Positions 49,100-50,361 of a DNA stretch of 50,361 bases are shown piece by piece. Every line of letters begins with the position of its first letter. Within the stretch, counting starts at the first letter, position 1. The notes below the pieces were generated by a model, which was not told the origin of the DNA, did not search any database, and worked only from the letters and a program-made list of their open reading frames with translations. This stretch comes from a virus. Location of the stretch: IMG/VR virus record IMGVR_UViG_3300046823_000218, positions 1 to 50,361 of that record; one strand, given 5' to 3'. Both the position numbers and the translations under genes were made by a program.

Positions 49100-50361
49100 C
49101 TAGTCGGCGCCACGTTGGTTCGCGTCTTCCAGCATGGCGGTCAGGACCCGCATCCCCTCGCGCGCCAGGTGCGCCAGGTCTGTGATGTTTTCGGAGTAAC
49201 CGGGCGGGAACGCGTCCACCACTTCCGGGCACGCCATGCCCAGGCCCACGGTTTCCACGCCCATGTCGGCGGCGATATTGCACGCGGCCGTGACTGCCCT
49301 GGCGCCCAGCTCACAAGCGCCATCGGTCAGGACCAGCAGGATGCGGCGGGTCGCGTTGGCTTCCCGCAGATACTCGGCCGCGCCAATGATCGATTGCGAC
49401 AGGGGCGTGTAAGAATGTCCGTACGCATGGCTGATAATGGCGGCGCTTTCGGCAACGCTCACGGTCCAGTCTTTCAGCAGCCAAATATCGGCATGGTGCA
49501 TCTTGGCGCGGACGTTTTCGACAGGCGTGTGGAACGCTGCCACTGCTACCTTGGCATTGGCGCTTTCCGCGGCTTTGGCGACAGCCCATGCCGTGGCCTT
49601 GGCCATGTCCATGCGGGTTCCCTTGCCGGCGTTAAAGTCATCTACGCCAGCGTTCATGGAACCGGACCCGTCGATCAAGACCAGCAACGCGGTATCGATC
49701 CCAGGCGTATCGTCCCGCTTGGAAAACACGTCCAGGGCCCCGGCGCGCATGCGGACCAACGCGCGGCGGTCCAGCCGGCCGCTGGTTTCATGGTGCGTGC
49801 GGCGGTGCACTTCATCGCTCACAAGCAACCGTGAAACCTGCCCGTGCAAGACGCTGTTCGCGGTCAGCAGCGCGTTCAGCCGTTCTGCGGCGGCTTGATT
49901 GCGGTCCGATGGCCGTGGGTCCTGCCGTCCGATCCTGGCGCGCGTCGTGTTCAGCACGTGTTCGGCGCTGCCGCTCAGGTGGGTTTTGAGATTATCGATG
50001 CCGGCGCGCCTGGCGATTTGGCGGACCATGTCTTCCAGCGTGTTGGCGTTGGGGTCCAGCTCGGGACCGTGACCGGCTTCATCCTCAGGCGTCCCAGGCG
50101 CCCCCTCGCCTTCCTCTGGCGCCTCATCGCCTTCCTCTGGCGCCCCATCGCCTTCCTGAACGCCTGGCGGCGTGCCTGCGGCTCCTTCCCCAGGCTCGCC
50201 TGGCGCCCCATCGCCTTCCTGAACGCCTGGCGGCGTGCCTGCGGCTCCTTCCCTAGGCTCGCCTGGCGCCCCATCGCCTTCCTGGCCTTCCTGAGGCTCG
50301 CCTGGCGCCCCATCGCCTTCCTGAACGCCTGGCGGCGTGCCTGCGGCTCCTTCCCCAGGCT
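49100..50361 (-). CDS. C-terminal part of the HExxH / acidic-repeat / vWA protein (continues from 978..1 through the window junction)
   Basis: ORF track lists 49100..50029. The same frame stays open upstream through the repeats (…GVQEGDGAPEEGDEAPEEGEGAPGTPEDEAGHGPELDPNANTLEDMVRQ…) to the window edge. vWA MIDAS LVLIDGSGSM has its DxSxS at 49658-49672. Confidence 0.85.
   Translation of the reverse strand, partial: PGEGAAGTPPGVQEGDGAPGEPQEGQEGDGAPGEPREGAAGTPPGVQEGDGAPGEPGEGAAGTPPGVQEGDGAPEEGDEAPEEGEGAPGTPEDEAGHGPELDPNANTLEDMVRQIARRAGIDNLKTHLSGSAEHVLNTTRARIGRQDPRPSDRNQAAAERLNALLTANSVLHGQVSRLLVSDEVHRRTHHETSGRLDRRALVRMRAGALDVFSKRDDTPGIDTALLVLIDGSGSMNAGVDDFNAGKGTRMDMAKATAWAVAKAAESANAKVAVAAFHTPVENVRAKMHHADIWLLKDWTVSVAESAAIISHAYGHSYTPLSQSIIGAAEYLREANATRRILLVLTDGACELGARAVTAACNIAADMGVETVGLGMACPEVVDAFPPGYSENITDLAHLAREGMRVLTAMLEDANQRGAD
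50108..50361 (-). repeat. Coding tandem-repeat array, right part: 2 x 21 bp, 2 x 63 bp, 1 x 39 bp, then 47 bp of a 63-bp unit identical to window positions 1-47
   Basis: Direct reading. The units are 50108-50128, 50129-50149, 50150-50212, 50213-50275 (ccctagg variant), 50276-50314 and 50315-50361. Confidence 0.9.

Noticed and set aside
48582-49185. ORFs 48582..48911, 48743..49048 and 48796..49185 on the plus strand.
   Set aside because: They lie over the iteron/AT-rich origin, the direct repeats and the GGACC array, and run antisense to the better-supported gene 48883..49089. Their composition is R/G/P-rich.

Overview
The window reads as one essentially complete genome (about 50.3 kb) of a temperate, high-GC, podovirus-like phage. 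GC was judged by eye, not computed. The first 47 bp equal the last 47 bp. Collapsing that overlap joins a minus-strand gene in frame across the window edges, so the sequence is circular or circularly permuted rather than a chromosomal segment.

Gene layout:
- **Leftward operon, 2527 to 1, wrapping to 50361 to 48883.** It encodes a CobS/MoxR-like AAA+ ATPase, a protein with an HExxH N-domain, an acidic repeat linker and a vWA domain, and a 68-aa ORF.
- **Rightward late operon, 2615..35786 (33 kb).** In order: TerS-like protein, 844-aa tail fibre, 1444-aa two-module tailspike, Ig-like protein, SGNH-esterase tail protein, TerL and portal. A T7-ordered block follows: scaffold, capsid, gp11-like, gp12-like, internal-virion proteins, lytic transglycosylase, a giant 2169-aa ejection protein and a holin-like ORF.
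- **Leftward early/replication operon, 43499..35998.** In order: Cro-like, RuvC-like, SNF2 helicase, AT-hook protein, Cas4-like DUF2800 nuclease, gp2.5-like SSB, several micro-ORFs, family-A DNA polymerase.
- **Rightward lysogeny arm, 43816..48499.** It holds a cI-like repressor, an Xis-like HTH, a tyrosine integrase, a structured 0.5-kb non-coding region, and a RepB'-type primase fused to a D5/P4-type helicase. An iteron-type origin follows.

No tRNA, rRNA, CRISPR array, transposase, reverse transcriptase or phage RNA polymerase was seen.

Most interesting observations:
- The AAA+ / HExxH-vWA pair with a hypervariable-looking acidic repeat.
- A sulfotransferase-like/GNAT-like fusion embedded among the ejection proteins.
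- The giant HExxH-bearing ejection protein split from its transglycosylase.
- A CACAACA/TGTTGTG heptamer that recurs in most of the longer intergenic regions.
- GGWCC clusters.
- The iteron origin.

All functional calls rest on motif recognition by eye. No database search was run.
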